Below, in pieces: positions 24,981 through 38,500 of a stretch of DNA of 64,000 nt (positions are counted from its first letter, which is position 1; the number at the start of each line of letters is the position of its first letter). The translations under genes were made by a program, and so were the position numbers. A model generated the notes under the pieces. It worked only from the letters and a program-made list of their open reading frames with translations. It was not told the DNA's origin and ran no database searches. Source of the stretch: Heterodontus francisci (Eukaryota); assembly GCF_036365525.1 (NCBI RefSeq), contig NC_090404.1:28604149-28668148 (forward strand), given 5' to 3'.

Positions 24981-27050
24981 AAGCCCTGGTTAGACCACAC
25001 CTGGAGTATTGTGTTCAGTTCTGGGCACCACACCTTAGGAAGGATATATTGGCCTTGGAGGGAGTGCAGTGTAGATTTACCTGAATGATACCTGGACTCC
25101 AAGGGTTAGGTTATGAGGAGAGATTACACAAATGAATCATAGAGTCATTACAGCAGAAAAGGAGGACATTCCGCCAATCAAGTCCATACCAGCTCTCTGT
25201 AGAGCAATCCAGTCAGTCCCATTCCCCCACTCTATCCCCGTAGTCCTGCAGGTTTATTTCCCTCAAGTGTCCATCCAATTTCCTTTTGTAATCATTGATC
25301 GTCTCCACTTCCACCACCCTCGTAGGCAGTGAGTTCCAGGTCATTGCCACTCACTGTGTAAAAAAACTGCTTCCTCACATCGCTCCTGTATCTCTTGTCC
25401 AAAACCTTAATCTGTGTCCCCTAGCCCTTGTACATTCACCGAATGGGAACACCTTTTCTTTGTCTGCTTATCTAAACCTGTCGTAATCTTGTACATCTCT
25501 ATCAGATCTCTCCCTCTATCTGCTTTGTTCCAAGGAGAACAAACCCCAGCTTCTCCAAACTAACCTTGTAGCTAAATTCCCTAATTCCAGGAACCATTCT
25601 GGTAAATCTCCTCTGCACCCTCTCAAGGACTTTAACATCCTTCCTAAATTGTGGTGACCATAACTGTAGTTGTGGCCTAACCAGAGCTTTTTAAAGGTTC
25701 AGCATAACTTCTCCGATTTTGTTCTCAATACCTCTATTGATGAAGCCCCAGATCCCATTGCTTTTTTAACTACTATCTCAATATGTCCTGCCACCTTCAA
25801 TGATCTCTGCACATGAATCCCCAGGTCCCTCTGTTCCTGCACTCTCTCTTTATATATGTGTCATTAAGTATATATTGCTTCTCCCTCTGCCTTGTGCCAA
25901 AATGCCTCACCTCACAATGGTTTTATTCTCTGGAATTTAGAAGATTAAGGGGTGCTTTTAACGAATTTTTCAAGATATTAACTGGAACAGATAGGATAGA
26001 GAGAAACTATTTCTGCTGGGTGGGGTACCTAGTACTGGGGGGTATAATATAAAAGTTAGAGGCAGACCTTTCATTAATCCACCCCTGGCCCCTGTAAACC
26101 TGAGCTTTGATCTACCTCTGGGCCTGCAGGTTTAAACATTAATCCCGCACTGCTGTACATACACAGAATCACAGCCCAGAAACTGGCCCCACTAGTCTGT
26201 GCTGGTGTTCATAACCCACGTGATCCTCCTCCCAATCTAATTCCTGCCCCCATATCCCTTTATTCTCTTCTCCCTCATAAACGTATTGAGCCTCCCCTTA
26301 AACACATCATTGCTATCTGCTTCAACCACTCCACATGGCAGTGAGTTCCACATTCTCACCACTCTCTGAGTAGAGAAATTCCTCCTAAGTTCTCTATTTG
26401 ACCTGTTAATGTCTGTCTTATATTGCTGCCCCCTTGTTCTGACTGACTGATAATTTTAAAGACCTCTATCAGATCTCCTCCTAGTCTTCTCTTTTCCAGA
26501 GAAAGGAGCCCCAGCCTGCTCAATCTTGCTGGATAGTAACATCCTCTCTGGTGACATCTTTGTAAATCTATTCTGCACTTTCTTCAGTCTTCAATATCCT
26601 TTTTTAATCTGGAGACCAGAACTGCTCACAGTCCTTCTAAGTGAGGTTCTCTATAAATTTAACATTCCCTCCCTGCTGTTACATTGTATTCCTCTAGAAA
26701 AGAACATCAGCTCTTTCTTTGCTCTCTTATCGACTTGTGTTGCTCCTTTTAGTGATTTATGTGACTCTGTTCCCAGATCTCTTTGCTCCTCTGCTCCATT
26801 TAATTTCTTACATTCTAACCAATAACTGGCCTCCTTATTCCTCCTCCCAAAATGAACCAGCTCACATTTCGCTCTGTCGGATTTCATTTCCCATTTATCT
26901 GTCCAGTCTGTTTATGTCTTCCTGGATTTCAGTGCAGTCTCCACATTGTTAGTTCTACCATCAAATTTAGTTTCTTCTGCACATTGTGAAAACATCCCTT
27001 TAATTCCTGAATCCAAATGTGGGTAATGAACAGAAGTCCCATTGTACTTC
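24980..27050. mobile_element. Nested CR1 fragments
   Basis: RT-tail motifs in ORFs 24896..25084 and 26651..26887. Homologous to 60380-63350. Confidence 0.8.
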
Positions 27051-27499
27051 ACACCATAGATGATTCCACGGGCACATGGGTTTTTCTATAATTTATTTAA
27101 TAATTTTCCTCACTGCCTCTCTGGCCCCAATCTCCATGACACAAAATCATCCATTCGGTGTTTTGAGCCCAGTACTCCCCATGGGCCAGAAAGTCCCTTA
27201 TTAGTGACTACAAGAGCCCAGTGTATCGGCGCAGAATCGGACTGTGCTCAGAGCATACGCAGTATGGGTGACGGACCAGGTGGCTCGGGAGGCGGGAGGA
27301 GATGGTGGGCACAGGGGAAGAATTAGAGCCGTGGGTTGGCTGGGTGGCTTCATAGACACCTGGGGTTGGTCAGAGGCCTCCTGTTTGTCACGTGGTGACA
27401 GGCTCGGGGGCCATCTTGGACGAGGCGGGGTCAGGGCGCATGTGCGGCCATCTTGGTGAGGGCACAGAAAGTGGACAGGACTTCACAGATTCTGTTCCC

Positions 27500-29270
27500 A
27501 ACTGGGTCCTAGTGCCCAGGAGATGGAGCAGTCTGGACAACAGGGTTTTAAATAGCTTCACCCTCTCCCAGGCTGCCTGTGATGTTTGCAGCTCAGAGGA
27601 GTTCATCGGCCATGTATATATTCAGTGTGAGAGGTTACAGTCCCTGAATAGTTACCTGAAGGGGCTGCTCCTCAACTTAGAATCATAGAAATTTACAGCA
27701 TGGAAGGAGGCCATTCGGCCCATCGTGTTCGCACTGGTCGACAAGGAGGCATCCAGCCTAATCCCACTTTCCAGCTCTTGGTCCATAGCCTTGTAGGTTC
27801 GGGCACTTCACGTGCATATCAAAAGTACTTTTTAAATGTTATGAGGGTTTCTGCCTTTATCAACCTCCCAGGCAGTGAGTTCCAGATCCTCACCATCCTC
27901 TGGGTGTAAACCTGCTACCTCTTACTCTAAATCTATTCCCCCAGTTCTCAAACCCTCACCCAAGGGGAATAGGTCCTTTCTATCCACTCTAGATAGACCC
28001 CTCATAATTTTATACACTTCAATTCAATCTACCCTCAGCCTCCTCTGTTCCAGAGAAAACAGTCCTAACCTATCCAATCTTTCCTCATAAATTCTCCAAT
28101 CCAGGCAACAGCCTTGTAAATCTCCTCTGTACCCTCTTGAGTGCAACCACATCTTTCCTATAGTGCAGTACCCAGAAATGCACACAGTATCCAGTTGTGG
28201 CCTCACCAGTGTTTTAAACAGTTCCAGCATAACCTCCCTGCTCTTATATTCTCTACCTTGGCTAATAAAGGCAAGTATCACATATGTCTTCCTAACCATC
28301 TTATCTACCTGTCCAGCTAGCTTCAGGGATCTGTGGACATGCACACCAAGGCCCCTCTGTTCCTTTATACTTCTCAGTATCCTACCATCTTTTGTGTATT
28401 CCCTTGCCTTGTTAGCTGTCTCCAAATACATTACCTCACACTTCTCCAGATTGAATTCCATTTGCCACTGTTCTGCCCACCTGACCAGTCCATTGATATC
28501 TTCCTGCAATCTACAGCTTTCTTCTTCATTATCAATCATACGGTCAATGTTTGTATTATCTGCAAACTTCTTAATCAAACCCCTTACATTCAAGAGCAAA
28601 TCACTGATATATACACACAAAAAGCAAGGGACCAAGTACTGATCCATGTAGAACTGAAAACAGCCTCCAGTCACAAAAACACCATCAACCATTACCCTTT
28701 GCTTCCTGCCTCAGAGACAATTTTGGCTCCAATTTGCCATTTTGCCTTGGATCCCATAGGCTTTTACTTTCGTGAGCAGTCTGTCATGTGACCCCTTATT
28801 ATTAGCCTTGGTTACAGTTTAGCCTCATTCTCCTAATCTCTGGCCACTCGGTATGGAGGGGGGGTGGGTAAGAATCTTCTCCTGGACCTGGTTAAAACAC
28901 CCCCCACCTCCACAGCCCTTTCACCGACCTCCTCTTCCCAAACCCCCCAGTCCCCGCAATGCCCTGCTCTCCCTCACCTCACCCACTCCAAACCCACCCA
29001 GTCCCCGCAATGCCCTGCTCTCCCTCACCTCACCCACTCCAAACCCACCCAGGTTTGTATCTGTCTTATATATTTAAACACTCAGTTCTCACCTTCTCCA
29101 TCTCTCTCTCTCCCTCTCGCTCAGGCTGAGAAACAATGTTTAGGTCCAGGATGTACAGGGACCATGTTGGGAGTGGGGGTGTCACTTTAGCTGCTGCCCT
29201 GTCTTCTGTGATCTTGTCCGTGCCGGGGTGGCCTTCTGCAACCGGTGGACACCTCAGGATACAGAGTGTC
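27500..29270 (+). mobile_element. Old L1-Tx1 3'-end relic split by a minus-strand CR1 (27678-28810) and a tandem repeat
   Basis: NRVLNSFTLSQAACDVCSSEEFIGHVYIQCERLQSLNSYLKGLLLN aligns with the young Tx1 C-terminus (NRLLSRFTDSQAACTFCGLDESVFHVYTECARLQPLFEYLKGLLLK). It resumes as WLQFSLILLISGH at ~28808. Confidence 0.8.
28940..29051. repeat. ~51-bp tandem duplication
   Basis: CCCAGTCCCCGCAATGCCCTGCTCTCCCTCACCTCACCCACTCCAAACCCA occurs twice. Confidence 0.9.
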
Positions 29271-29483
29271 TCGTGGACACTGGGAGCAATGTTCTGGTTT
29301 AGTTGGGAAGGTTCCCTTTGCTTCTGTTACAATTTGTTGCTTATTTTGGCTTCTTTTAGTTTGAATGGACAACATGTTTGGGGGAAACGAGAGAGGAAAG
29401 AATGTTCCATAGAAACTGGAACTGTCTGTTCTGAATTTCTATCCTGGACTGACAGTGCTGACTTTTGTAAACTCCTTTTACAG

Positions 29484-30390
29484 GGTATTAGAAGGGGAGG
29501 ATTTACAGACGGGAAATTCAAACCAAACATCACATCAGGATCTGACAGAAACACTCGATTCATCAGGACCTGAATATCATCAACCTTTGAATGTGGAAGG
29601 AGAAATGTTTGTCTGTTCTGACTGTGGGAAAAGATTTCAAACATCAGTGTGACTGGAAAAGCACCGAGACACACACACACCCGAGTGAGAGTGTTCCAGT
29701 GACTGACTGTGGAAAGAGCTTTAACCAGTTACACAGCCTGAAAAAACATCACACCATTTACAGCGGGGAGAAACTGTACACGTGTTCTGTGTGTGGACGA
29801 GGCTTCAACTGATCATCCAACCTGGAGAGACACAAAGACATTGGCAGCATGGAGAAACCGTGGAAATGTGAGAACTGTGGGAAGGGATTCAGTTCTCTAT
29901 CAAAGCTGGATATTCATCAACACAATCACAGTAATGGTGTGCAAAGGAAACCCAACCGAGCCTGAATGCCGGAGTCGGAAGCCCGACACGACCCGGCCCG
30001 AACTCGACACATTGTCGGGACCCATCGGGGTCGGGTCGGGTAGCAGGCCTTTACCCATGTCCTGATGTAAAGACCTGCCCCCTGACCAGACCCCAACGGG
30101 ATCCGTCGACGTGTCAGTTCGGGCCAGGTTGTGTCGGGCTTCCGGTTCTGGCATTCGGACTGGGGCCGGGTTTCCTTTGAACACCTTTAAGTCACACTGG
30201 GGAGAGGGCATTCACCTGCTCCATGTGTTGGAAGGTATTCACTCAGTTATCACACCTACAGAGACACCAACTTGTTCACTTTGATGAGAGACCTTTCAAA
30301 TGTTCCAATTGTGAGAAGAGCTTTCAAAGCAAAAATTATCTGCTGAGACACCAGCGAGTTCACACTGAGGAGACGCCATTCACCTGCATA
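29484..30390 (+). pseudogene. ZNF pseudogene (unit P3) with a MITE insertion, truncated by CR1
   Basis: Acceptor at 29482-29483 and fingers with TGA stops at 29650 and 29810. MEKPWKC starts at 29849, and further fingers run to ~30388. Confidence 0.85.
29932..30189. mobile_element. Palindromic MITE, probably hAT-family
   Basis: Whole-element imperfect inverted repeat (GGTGTGCAAAGGAAACCC...GGGTTTCCTTTGAACACC). Imperfect 8-bp TSD AATCACAG/AGTCACAC. Inserted in a finger linker. Confidence 0.85.
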
Positions 30391-32412
30391 GAGTACAAGA
30401 GCAAGGAGGGTTACGTTGAACCTGTATAAGACAGTAGCTCAGCCTCAGCTGGAGGATTGCATCCGGTTCTGGGTGCCACATTTTTGGAAAAATGTGACGG
30501 CATTGGAGAGAGTACAGAAAAGATTCACGAGAATGGTTCCAGGGATGAGGAATTTCAGTTATGAAGATAGATTGGAGAAGTTGGGACTGTTTTCCTTGCA
30601 GAAGAGAAGGCTGATTGGAGATTTGATAGAGGTATTCAAAATCAGGAGGGGTTTGGACAGAGCGGATAGGGAAAAACTGTTCCCACTCGTGAAAGAGGGT
30701 TGACAGTCTTTGGCACTCTCTTCCTCATAAGGCAGTGGAAGCAGAGTCTTTGAATATTTTTAAGGCAGAGATAGATAGATTCTTGATAAGCAAGGAGGTG
30801 AAAGGTTATTGGGGGTAGGCAGGAATGTGGAGTTGAGGTTACAATCAGATCAGTCACGATCTTGCTGAATGCCGGAGCAGGCTTAAGGGGCCGAGTGGCC
30901 TACTCCTGCTCCTACTTCATTTGTTCGTAAGTTAAAGGATCGAGAACGAGAGGGCACAGATTTAAAGTGATTGGCAAAAGAAGCAAAAGTGACATGAGGA
31001 AAAACGTTTTCATGCAGCGAGTGGTTAAGGTCTAGAATGCACTGAGAGTGTGGTGATGGCAGGTTCAATTGAAGAACTCAAAAGGGAATTAGACTGTTAT
31101 CTGAAAAGGAATAATGTGCAGGGTTATGAGGAGAAGGCGGGGGAATGGCATTAGGCGAAGTGGTTATTTAGAGAGTCGGTGCAGACACTATGGGCCGAAT
31201 GGCCTCCTTCTGCCCTGTAACCATTCTATGTTTCATGAACATCCTCGTAAATCTCCTCTGCACCCTCTCTAATGCAATCACATCCTGCATATAGTACAGT
31301 GACCAGAACTGCACGCAATACTCCAGCTGTGGCCGAACTAATATTTTATACAGTTTCAGCATAACCTCCCTGCTCTTATTTATTTTTTATTCATTCATGC
31401 GATGTGGGCGACGCTGGCCAGGCCAGCATTTATTGCCCATCCCTAATTGCCCTTGAGAAGGTGGTGGTGAGCTGCCTTCTTGAACCACTGCAGTCCATTT
31501 GGGGTAGGTACACCCACAGTGCTGTTAGGGAGGGAGTTCCAGGATTTTGACCCAGCGACAGTGAAGGAACGGTGATATAGTTCCATGTCAGGATGGTGTG
31601 TGACTTGGATGGGAACTTTCAGGTGGTGGCGTTCCCATTTATTTGCTGCCCTTGTCCTTCTAGTTGGTAGAGGTTGTGGGTTTGGAAGGTGCTGTCTAAG
31701 GAGCCTTGGTGCATTGCTGCAGTGCATCTTGTAGATGGTACACACTGCTGCCACTGTGCGTCGGTGGTGGAGGGAGTGAATGTTTGCGGATGGGGTGCCA
31801 ATCAAGTGGGCTGCTTTGTCCTGGATGGTGTTGAGCTTCTTGAGTGTTGTTATATTCTATCTTTCGGTTAATAAAGGCAAGTGTCCCGAAAGCCTTTTTG
31901 ACCATCTTATCTACCTGCTCCGCTACCTTCAGGGATCTGTGAACGTGCACTCCAATGTCCCTCTGTTGCTTTATACTTCTCAGTGTCCTACTATTTATTG
32001 TGTATTCCCTTGACTTGTTAGCTGCCTCCAACGTATTACCTCGCACTTCTCCGGATTGAATTCCAGTTGCCAGTGTTCCATCCACCTGACTAGTCCATTG
32101 ATATCTTCTTGCAATCTACAGCTTTCTTCCTCACTGGCGACCACTTGGTCAATTTTTGTATCATCTGCAAACTTCTTAACTACCTCCTACATTCAAGTCC
32201 AAATCATTGATACATACCACATAAAGGGATCTAGTACTGATCCCTGGAGAACCCCACTGAAAACAGCCCTCCTGTCACCAAAACACCCGTCAATCATTAC
32301 CCTTTGCTTCCTGCCTCTGAGCCAATTTTGGATGCAACTTGCCACTTTGCCTTGGATCCCATGGGCGTTTATTTTGTGACCGGTCTGCCATGTGAGATCT
32401 TATCAAAAGCCT
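30388..32412. mobile_element. Nested LINE fragments: plus CR1 (30388-31232) and minus CR1 (31235-32412), the latter interrupted by another non-LTR 3' end (31385-31850)
   Basis: ORFs 30416..30703, 31168..31362 and 31696..32085 are CR1. ORF 31443..31805 (SLHHRRTVAAVCTIYKMH) is a different L2/CR1-group family. Confidence 0.85.
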
Positions 32413-32414
32413 TG

Positions 32415-32670
32415 TATACTCTTTAGCCCCACTCTCCTGATCTTTGGTTGCTCAGTGTGGAGGGGGGTGGGTAAGTCAGAGGATCTTCTCCTGGACCTGC
32501 TCTTGGGCCTGGTTAAAATGGCAATGTGTAGGGCCAGGATGTGCGGGATCCGTGTTGGGGTGGGGGTGTCACTCTGGCTGCAAGCCTCTCTCCCGTGGTC
32601 CTGTCTGTGACTGGCTGGCCCTGGAGAGGGAACACACTTGATATTTTCTGTGACCAGTGGGCACCTTAGA
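32415..32670 (+). mobile_element. Old L1-Tx1 3'-end relic (unit P4)
   Basis: FSPTLLIFGCSVWRGVGKSEDLLLDLLLGLVKMAMCR matches the Tx1 C-terminus FSPTLLIFGHPVRRCLGREEDLLVGLLLGLAKVAIHR. Confidence 0.85.
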
Positions 32671-32887
32671 GTGTCTCATAGACACTTGGTAACAACATTC
32701 TGGTTCAGTTTGGAAGGTTCCATTTGCTTTTGGGACTTTGTTGCTTATTTTGGCTTCTTTTAATTTGAATGGACCACATGTTTGGGGAGAACAAGAGAGG
32801 AAAGAATGTTCCATAGAAACTAGAATTGTCTGTTCTGAGTTTCTACCCTGGACTGACAGTGATGTCTTCTGTAAACTCCTTTTACTG

Positions 32888-34257
32888 GGTATTGGAAGGG
32901 GAGGATTTACAGACGGGAAACTCAAACCAAACATCACATCAGGATCTGAGAGAGTCACTCGATTCATCAGGATCTGAATATCATCAGCTTTGAATGTGGA
33001 AGGAGAAATGTTTGTCTGTTCTGTCTGTGGGAAAAGATTTCAAACATCAGTGTGACTGGAAAAGCACCGATTCACCCACACCCGAGTGAGAGTGTTCCAG
33101 TGACTGACTGTGGAAAGAGCTTTAACCAGTTACACAGCCTGAGAAAACATCACACCATTCACAGCCGGGAGAAACTGTACACGTGTTCTGTGTGTGGACG
33201 AGGCTTCAACTGATCGTCCAACCTGGAGAGACACAAGGACACCCTCACCACAGAGAAACCATGGAAATGTGGGGACTGTGGGAAGGGATTCAGTTACCTA
33301 TCCAAGCTGGAAGCTCATCACACCGGGGAGAGGCTGTTCACCTGCTCCGAGTGTGGGAGGGCTTCACTCAGTTAGCCAATCTCCTGAGACACAAACTTGT
33401 TCACTCTGATGACAGATGTTTTGTATGTTCTGGAAAGCAAAAATGAACTGCTGAGACACCAATGCACTCACATTGGGGAGAGGCCTTTCACCTGCTCCAC
33501 GTGTGGGAAGGCAGTCCCTCTGTCATCCCACTTGTAGGTACATCAAGTTCACACTGGGGAGATACCGTTCACCTGCTCCGTGTGTGGAAAGGGATTTGCT
33601 CGATTATCCCACTTCACTGATCACCAATTTGTTCAGTCTGATAAGAGACCTTTTAAATGTTCTGACTGTGAGCAGAGCTTTTAAAGCAGAAATGATCTAA
33701 TGAAACACGAACAGACTCCCACTGGGGAGAGACTGTTCACCTGCTCCAAGTGTGAGAAAGGATTCACTCAGTCATCCAACCTGCTGACACACCAGCGAGT
33801 TCACACTGGGGAGAGGTCCTGGAAAAAACTTAAACCCACAACCTTCTGACTCAGAGGTGAGAGTGTTACCCACTGAGACACAGCTGCCAACAGCACTGAG
33901 TACACATCAAAAGAATTTCATTAGCTGTAAAACACTATGGGACATCCTGAAAGGCGCTATACAAATACAAGTCTTCTATTAACAAAGGAGAAAAGGCCCA
34001 AAAATGGAACAGTCAGTAACAGAACATCAGTCTCCTCTTATCTTGGAGAAATCAGAAATGCGAACACTCTGTGTTTGACACAAAGCTGATTTATTTGACA
34101 TATATCTGGAATACTGAACTGCAGCCAAGTTGCAGGGATTAATATCAAATGAAACAAACTCTAACTCTCAGAATGAATATGATTCAGTCCTGGATATGTG
34201 TGGGAAGGGATTCACTCAGTCATGCAACCTGCTGAGACACCAGCGAGTTCACAAGTG
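32888..34257 (+). pseudogene. ZNF pseudogene (unit P4), about 10 degenerate fingers, acceptor mutated
   Basis: C2H2 repeats with stops and frameshifts at 33010-33815. Terminal HQRVHK* finger at ~34195-34257. Confidence 0.88.
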
Positions 34258-34364
34258 ACAGCAGGGGTTGGATTCTGCTGTTATTGCTGCTGTTAATCAC
34301 ATCCAGGACTGAATCATATTCATTTGTATATGATTTCATTTCTTTTGATGTGTACTCAGTGCCG

Positions 34365-34820
34365 TTGGCAGCTGTGTCTCAGTGGGTAACACTCTCACCT
34401 CTGAGTCAGAAGGTTGTTGGTTTAAGTTTTTTCCAGGACCTAAGCACAAAAATCAAGGCTGACACTCCAGTGCAGTACTGAGGGAGTGCTGCACAGTCAG
34501 AGGTGCCGTCTTTCGGATGAAACATTAAACCAACAGCCTATCTTCCCCTTCAGATGGATGTAAAAGATTCCGTGGCACAATTTCAAAGAGCAGGCGAGTT
34601 ATCCCCGGTGTCCTGGCCAATATTTATGCCTTCATCAACATCAGTAAAACAGATGATCTGGTCATTATGACATTGCTGATTGTGGGATCTTGCTGTGTGC
34701 AAATTGGCTGCCGAGTTTCCTACATTACAACAGTGACGACACTTCAAAAGTACATCATTTGCTGGAAAACGCTTTGGATCATCCTGAGGTCATGAAAGGC
34801 GATATATAAATGCACGTCCT
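34365..34820 (+). mobile_element. tRNA-derived DeuSINE (SacSINE1-like) with L2-type tail
   Basis: tRNA-like head, GGCTGACACTCCAGTGCAGTACTGAGGGAGTGCTGCAC core and GAAAGGCG.TATATAAATGCA tail. An antisense copy lies at ~34830-35170. Confidence 0.75.
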
Positions 34821-35301
34821 TCTTTTAATGTCAGAAATACGGCAGGAAAATTGCACACAGCAAAGTCCCACAAACAGAAAGGAGGCTATGACCACTTAGT
34901 GACGTTGATTGATGGATAAATATTGACAGCACCGGGGAGAACATCCCTGCTCTTCAAAATAACTGTAGGGGATCGTTTACGTCCATCTGAGAAGACAGAT
35001 GGGGTCTTGGTTGAAGGTGTCATCTGAAAGACGGGACCTCTGACAGTGCAGCACCCCCTCAGTACTGCATTGGAATATCAGCCTAGATTTTGTTCTCTGG
35101 TCTCTGGATGTGGATTTGAACCCACAACCCACTGACTTAGAGATGAGAGTGCAAGCACCGAGCCATGACTTAACACCTCATCATTACTATTTCAGTTCTC
35201 AGACCTTCAGTTACTCTGACAGACAAGCCCCAGCTCCCCATATGTTGCAGAGTGCCTCTCTGAGTCTTTTTTCCCGGGGAAGGTATCGGTAACATGCCTG
35301 T

Positions 35302-35368
35302 GTCCCTGCCCAGGGAGTGTTTTTTGGGACAGTGTGTAGAGGGAACTTTACTCTGTATCTAACCCTGT
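35302..35368. repeat. ~65-bp repeat unit, left flank of the Tx1 insertion
   Basis: CCTGCCCAGGGAGTGTTTTTTGGGACAGTGTGTAGAGGGAACTTTACTCTGTATCTAACCCTG is homologous to 41947-42010. Confidence 0.8.
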
Positions 35369-35512
35369 TTTTTTTTTTCTTTTTTGTGGCCTTTATACCC
35401 CAGGCCCCTTTTATATATTTTATGTCGAGGGGGCCTTTATTCCTCAGGCCCCCTTTATATACACACTTATATTTTTTAAATAATTTTATTAAAAACAGAA
35501 ATAAACAAAAAC

Positions 35513-38500
35513 TCAAATTAAAATGCCATTTTCGGCGTCGACAATGCACTCCAGTCCCTGCGGTGCCCACCGGTCGCGGAAGGCCTCAAGCGTACCGGCG
35601 GACACCGCATGCTCCTTCTCCAGGGACACCCGGGCACGAACGTAACCGTGGAAGAGGGGCAGGCAATCGGGGAGGACGGAACCCCTGACGGCCCGCAACC
35701 TGGACCTGTGAATTGCCACCTTGGCCAGGCCCAGGAGCAGACCGACGAGGAGATCCTCCTCCCGGCCCAAGCACCTCCGCACTGGGTGCCCAAAGATCAG
35801 GAGCGTGGGACTGAAGTGCAGCCAGAATTTGAGGAGCAGCCCCTTCAGATACTCAAAGAGGGGCTGCAACCTCGCACACTCCGTGTAAACGTGGAACACG
35901 GACTCGTCCAGGCCGCAGAAAGTACAGGCGGCCTGGGAGTCCGTGAACCGACTTAAAAGTCTATTGCACGGGACTGCTCTGTGCAGCACCCTCCACCCCA
36001 GGTCCCCGATGTAAAGGAGACCTCCATCGGGGTTTCCCCTCGCCGCCAGATGGCAACGCGGACCGCCAGGACGTGTCCGGCCAGCTGACGAGGGCGAGGA
36101 AGTGGAGAGTGTGCAGGAGCAGCCCGTACGGGAAACCGCTCCGCGCCGATTGGAATGGCACGGAGGGCATTTCCGAGAGGCGGCTCGGGTTGTGCGGGAC
36201 CGGCTCCCGAGGAGGGTTTCGGGGCCTGGGTCCGATGAGCAGTTCCGGCCGAGCGGGTGTCAGCTCGGCCGGGATCGCTCCGCACTCCCGAGCCTCCTCG
36301 CCACCCGCAGTGAGGGGCGTCCCGGGGGTTTCAGCTACTCCTCCGCCCGCCGGACCGTCCCCGGAGTCGGCCGCCCGGACAGCCGAGGCGCTCTCCTCCG
36401 CCGGTGGGGGAGCGCCCTGACTGGAGGCGACCATGTTCCAGACTCGGAAAAGATCCCGGTAAAAGACAGGCAACTCCCTCAGAGAGGCGCGGCTAACGGA
36501 CTCCACCGGGAGCTGCGTGTCGTCTTGAAGGCAGTGACACTGGCGGAAAAAATATGTCGCCAGCGCACACCATCTGGGAGAACGCTCGACGTGCAAGTAT
36601 CTCTGCAGGGTCCGAAGGCGGAGAGTCGCAGCCTGGGTGCGGACGCACACCAGCGACTGACCGCCCTCCTCGATCGGGAGACTCAGGACCGCGGCAGAGA
36701 CCCAGTGTTTCCTCTTGCCCCAGAAGAAATCGACGAGTTTCTTCTGGATCTTGGTGGCAAATACAGGGGGCGGGGCCAAAGTGACCAACCGGTACCACAA
36801 CATGGAGGCCACCAGTTGGTTTATGACCAACGCTCGGCCCCTGTAGGAAAGCACTCGGAGCAATCCTGTCCAGCGCCCCAGCCGAGCGGTGACTTTCGCC
36901 TCCAACTCCTGCCAGTTTGCCGGCCAGGCTTCCTCAGCGGGGCTCACGTGGACTCCCAGATAGAGGTGCGTGGTGCTCCACGCAAAAGGTGTCATTTCCT
37001 CCGGCAGGGAGTCCACCCGCCACTGACCAACCAGGAGTCCGGAACATTTCTCCCAATTGATCCTCGCGGAGGACGCGGCAGAAAAGGTCTGCTGGCAGTC
37101 GCGCATCCTCCGCAAGTCAACAGGATCTGTGATTGCGAGGAGCACGTCGTCAGCGTAAGCCGAGAGGATGACCCGCATGGCCGGCTCGCGCAGAGCCAAT
37201 CCCGTCAATCTCCGGCGAAGCAGGCACAGGAAGGGCTCCACGCAGATGGTATACAATTGGCCGGACATGGGGCATCCCTGACGCTCTCCTCTCCCAAAGC
37301 GAAGAGGCGCCGTCAAGGACCCGTTAACTTTGACTGGACACTCTGCGGCAGCGTATAAAAGTCGGACCCGGGCCACAAAATACGGCCCGAGTCCGAAAGC
37401 GCGCAGAGTCCCGAAAAGGTAATCGTGATCCACCCTGTCGAACGCCTTCTCCTGATCGAGGGAGAGAAAGGCGACCGACTGACCAGTCCTCTGGGAAAGA
37501 TGGATCAGGTCCCGGACCAGATGGATGTTGTCCTGGATGGACCGACCCGGGACCGTGCAGGACTGGTCGGGGTGGATCATGTGGGCCAGCACATAGCCCG
37601 GGCAAAGATCTTATAATCCGTGCTGAGGAGGGAGACCGGACGCCAGTTTTTAAGCAGGCGGAGATCGCCCCTCTTCGGCAGCAGGACGATGATCGCCCTG
37701 CGCCACGAGAGGGGCATCTCCCCGGTCGCCAGGCTTTCCCCCAGGACCCGCGCGTAATTGTCCCCCAGGACGTCCCAGAACGCCCTGAGGAACTCCACGG
37801 TCAACCCATCCAGCCCTGGGGATTTGCCCCTCGAGAGCTGGTGGAGGGCGCCAGTCAGCTGCGCCAACGTGAGCGGAGCCTCCAATCCTTCGGCGCCCTC
37901 CGGGCTGACCTGCGGCAGATCCTCCCACAAAACTCTGCGCGCATCCTTGCTGGACAGATCCTGAGAGAACAACGCACTGTAATAAGTACGGACCAGGAGG
38001 CCCATTCCCTCCGGATCCGTGATGGAGGATCCGTCGTCGGCCAGCAGCTCAACGAGCTGCTTACGGACCCCCCCGCCATTTTTCCAGCGAGTAGAAGAAG
38101 GGTGAGGCGCGGTCCAAATCTTCCAGGATCTGGATCCGCGACCTCACGTACGCACCTCGGGACCCTATGAGCTGCAGGTCCCTCAGCGCGCCCTTCTTCT
38201 CTTTGTACGCCTGCCACAGGGCCGGGTCCACAACGGCATGACCGAGGCGGGACTCCAAGTCGAGCACCTCCCTCTCAAGGCGCCCGATCTCAGCTTCCCG
38301 CCTCTTGGTCGACCCCTTCGCGTACTCCTGACAGAAGACGCGGATGTGAGTCCTGCCCACATCCCACCATAGCCTCAAGGAGGGGAAGGCCCCCTGCTTC
38401 CTTCTCCAGTCGGCCCAGAATCGACAGAACGAGTCCCGAAATCGCACGTCCTCCAGCAGCCGGTTGTTAAAGTGCCAGTATGCGGACCCCGCCCGCGTGC

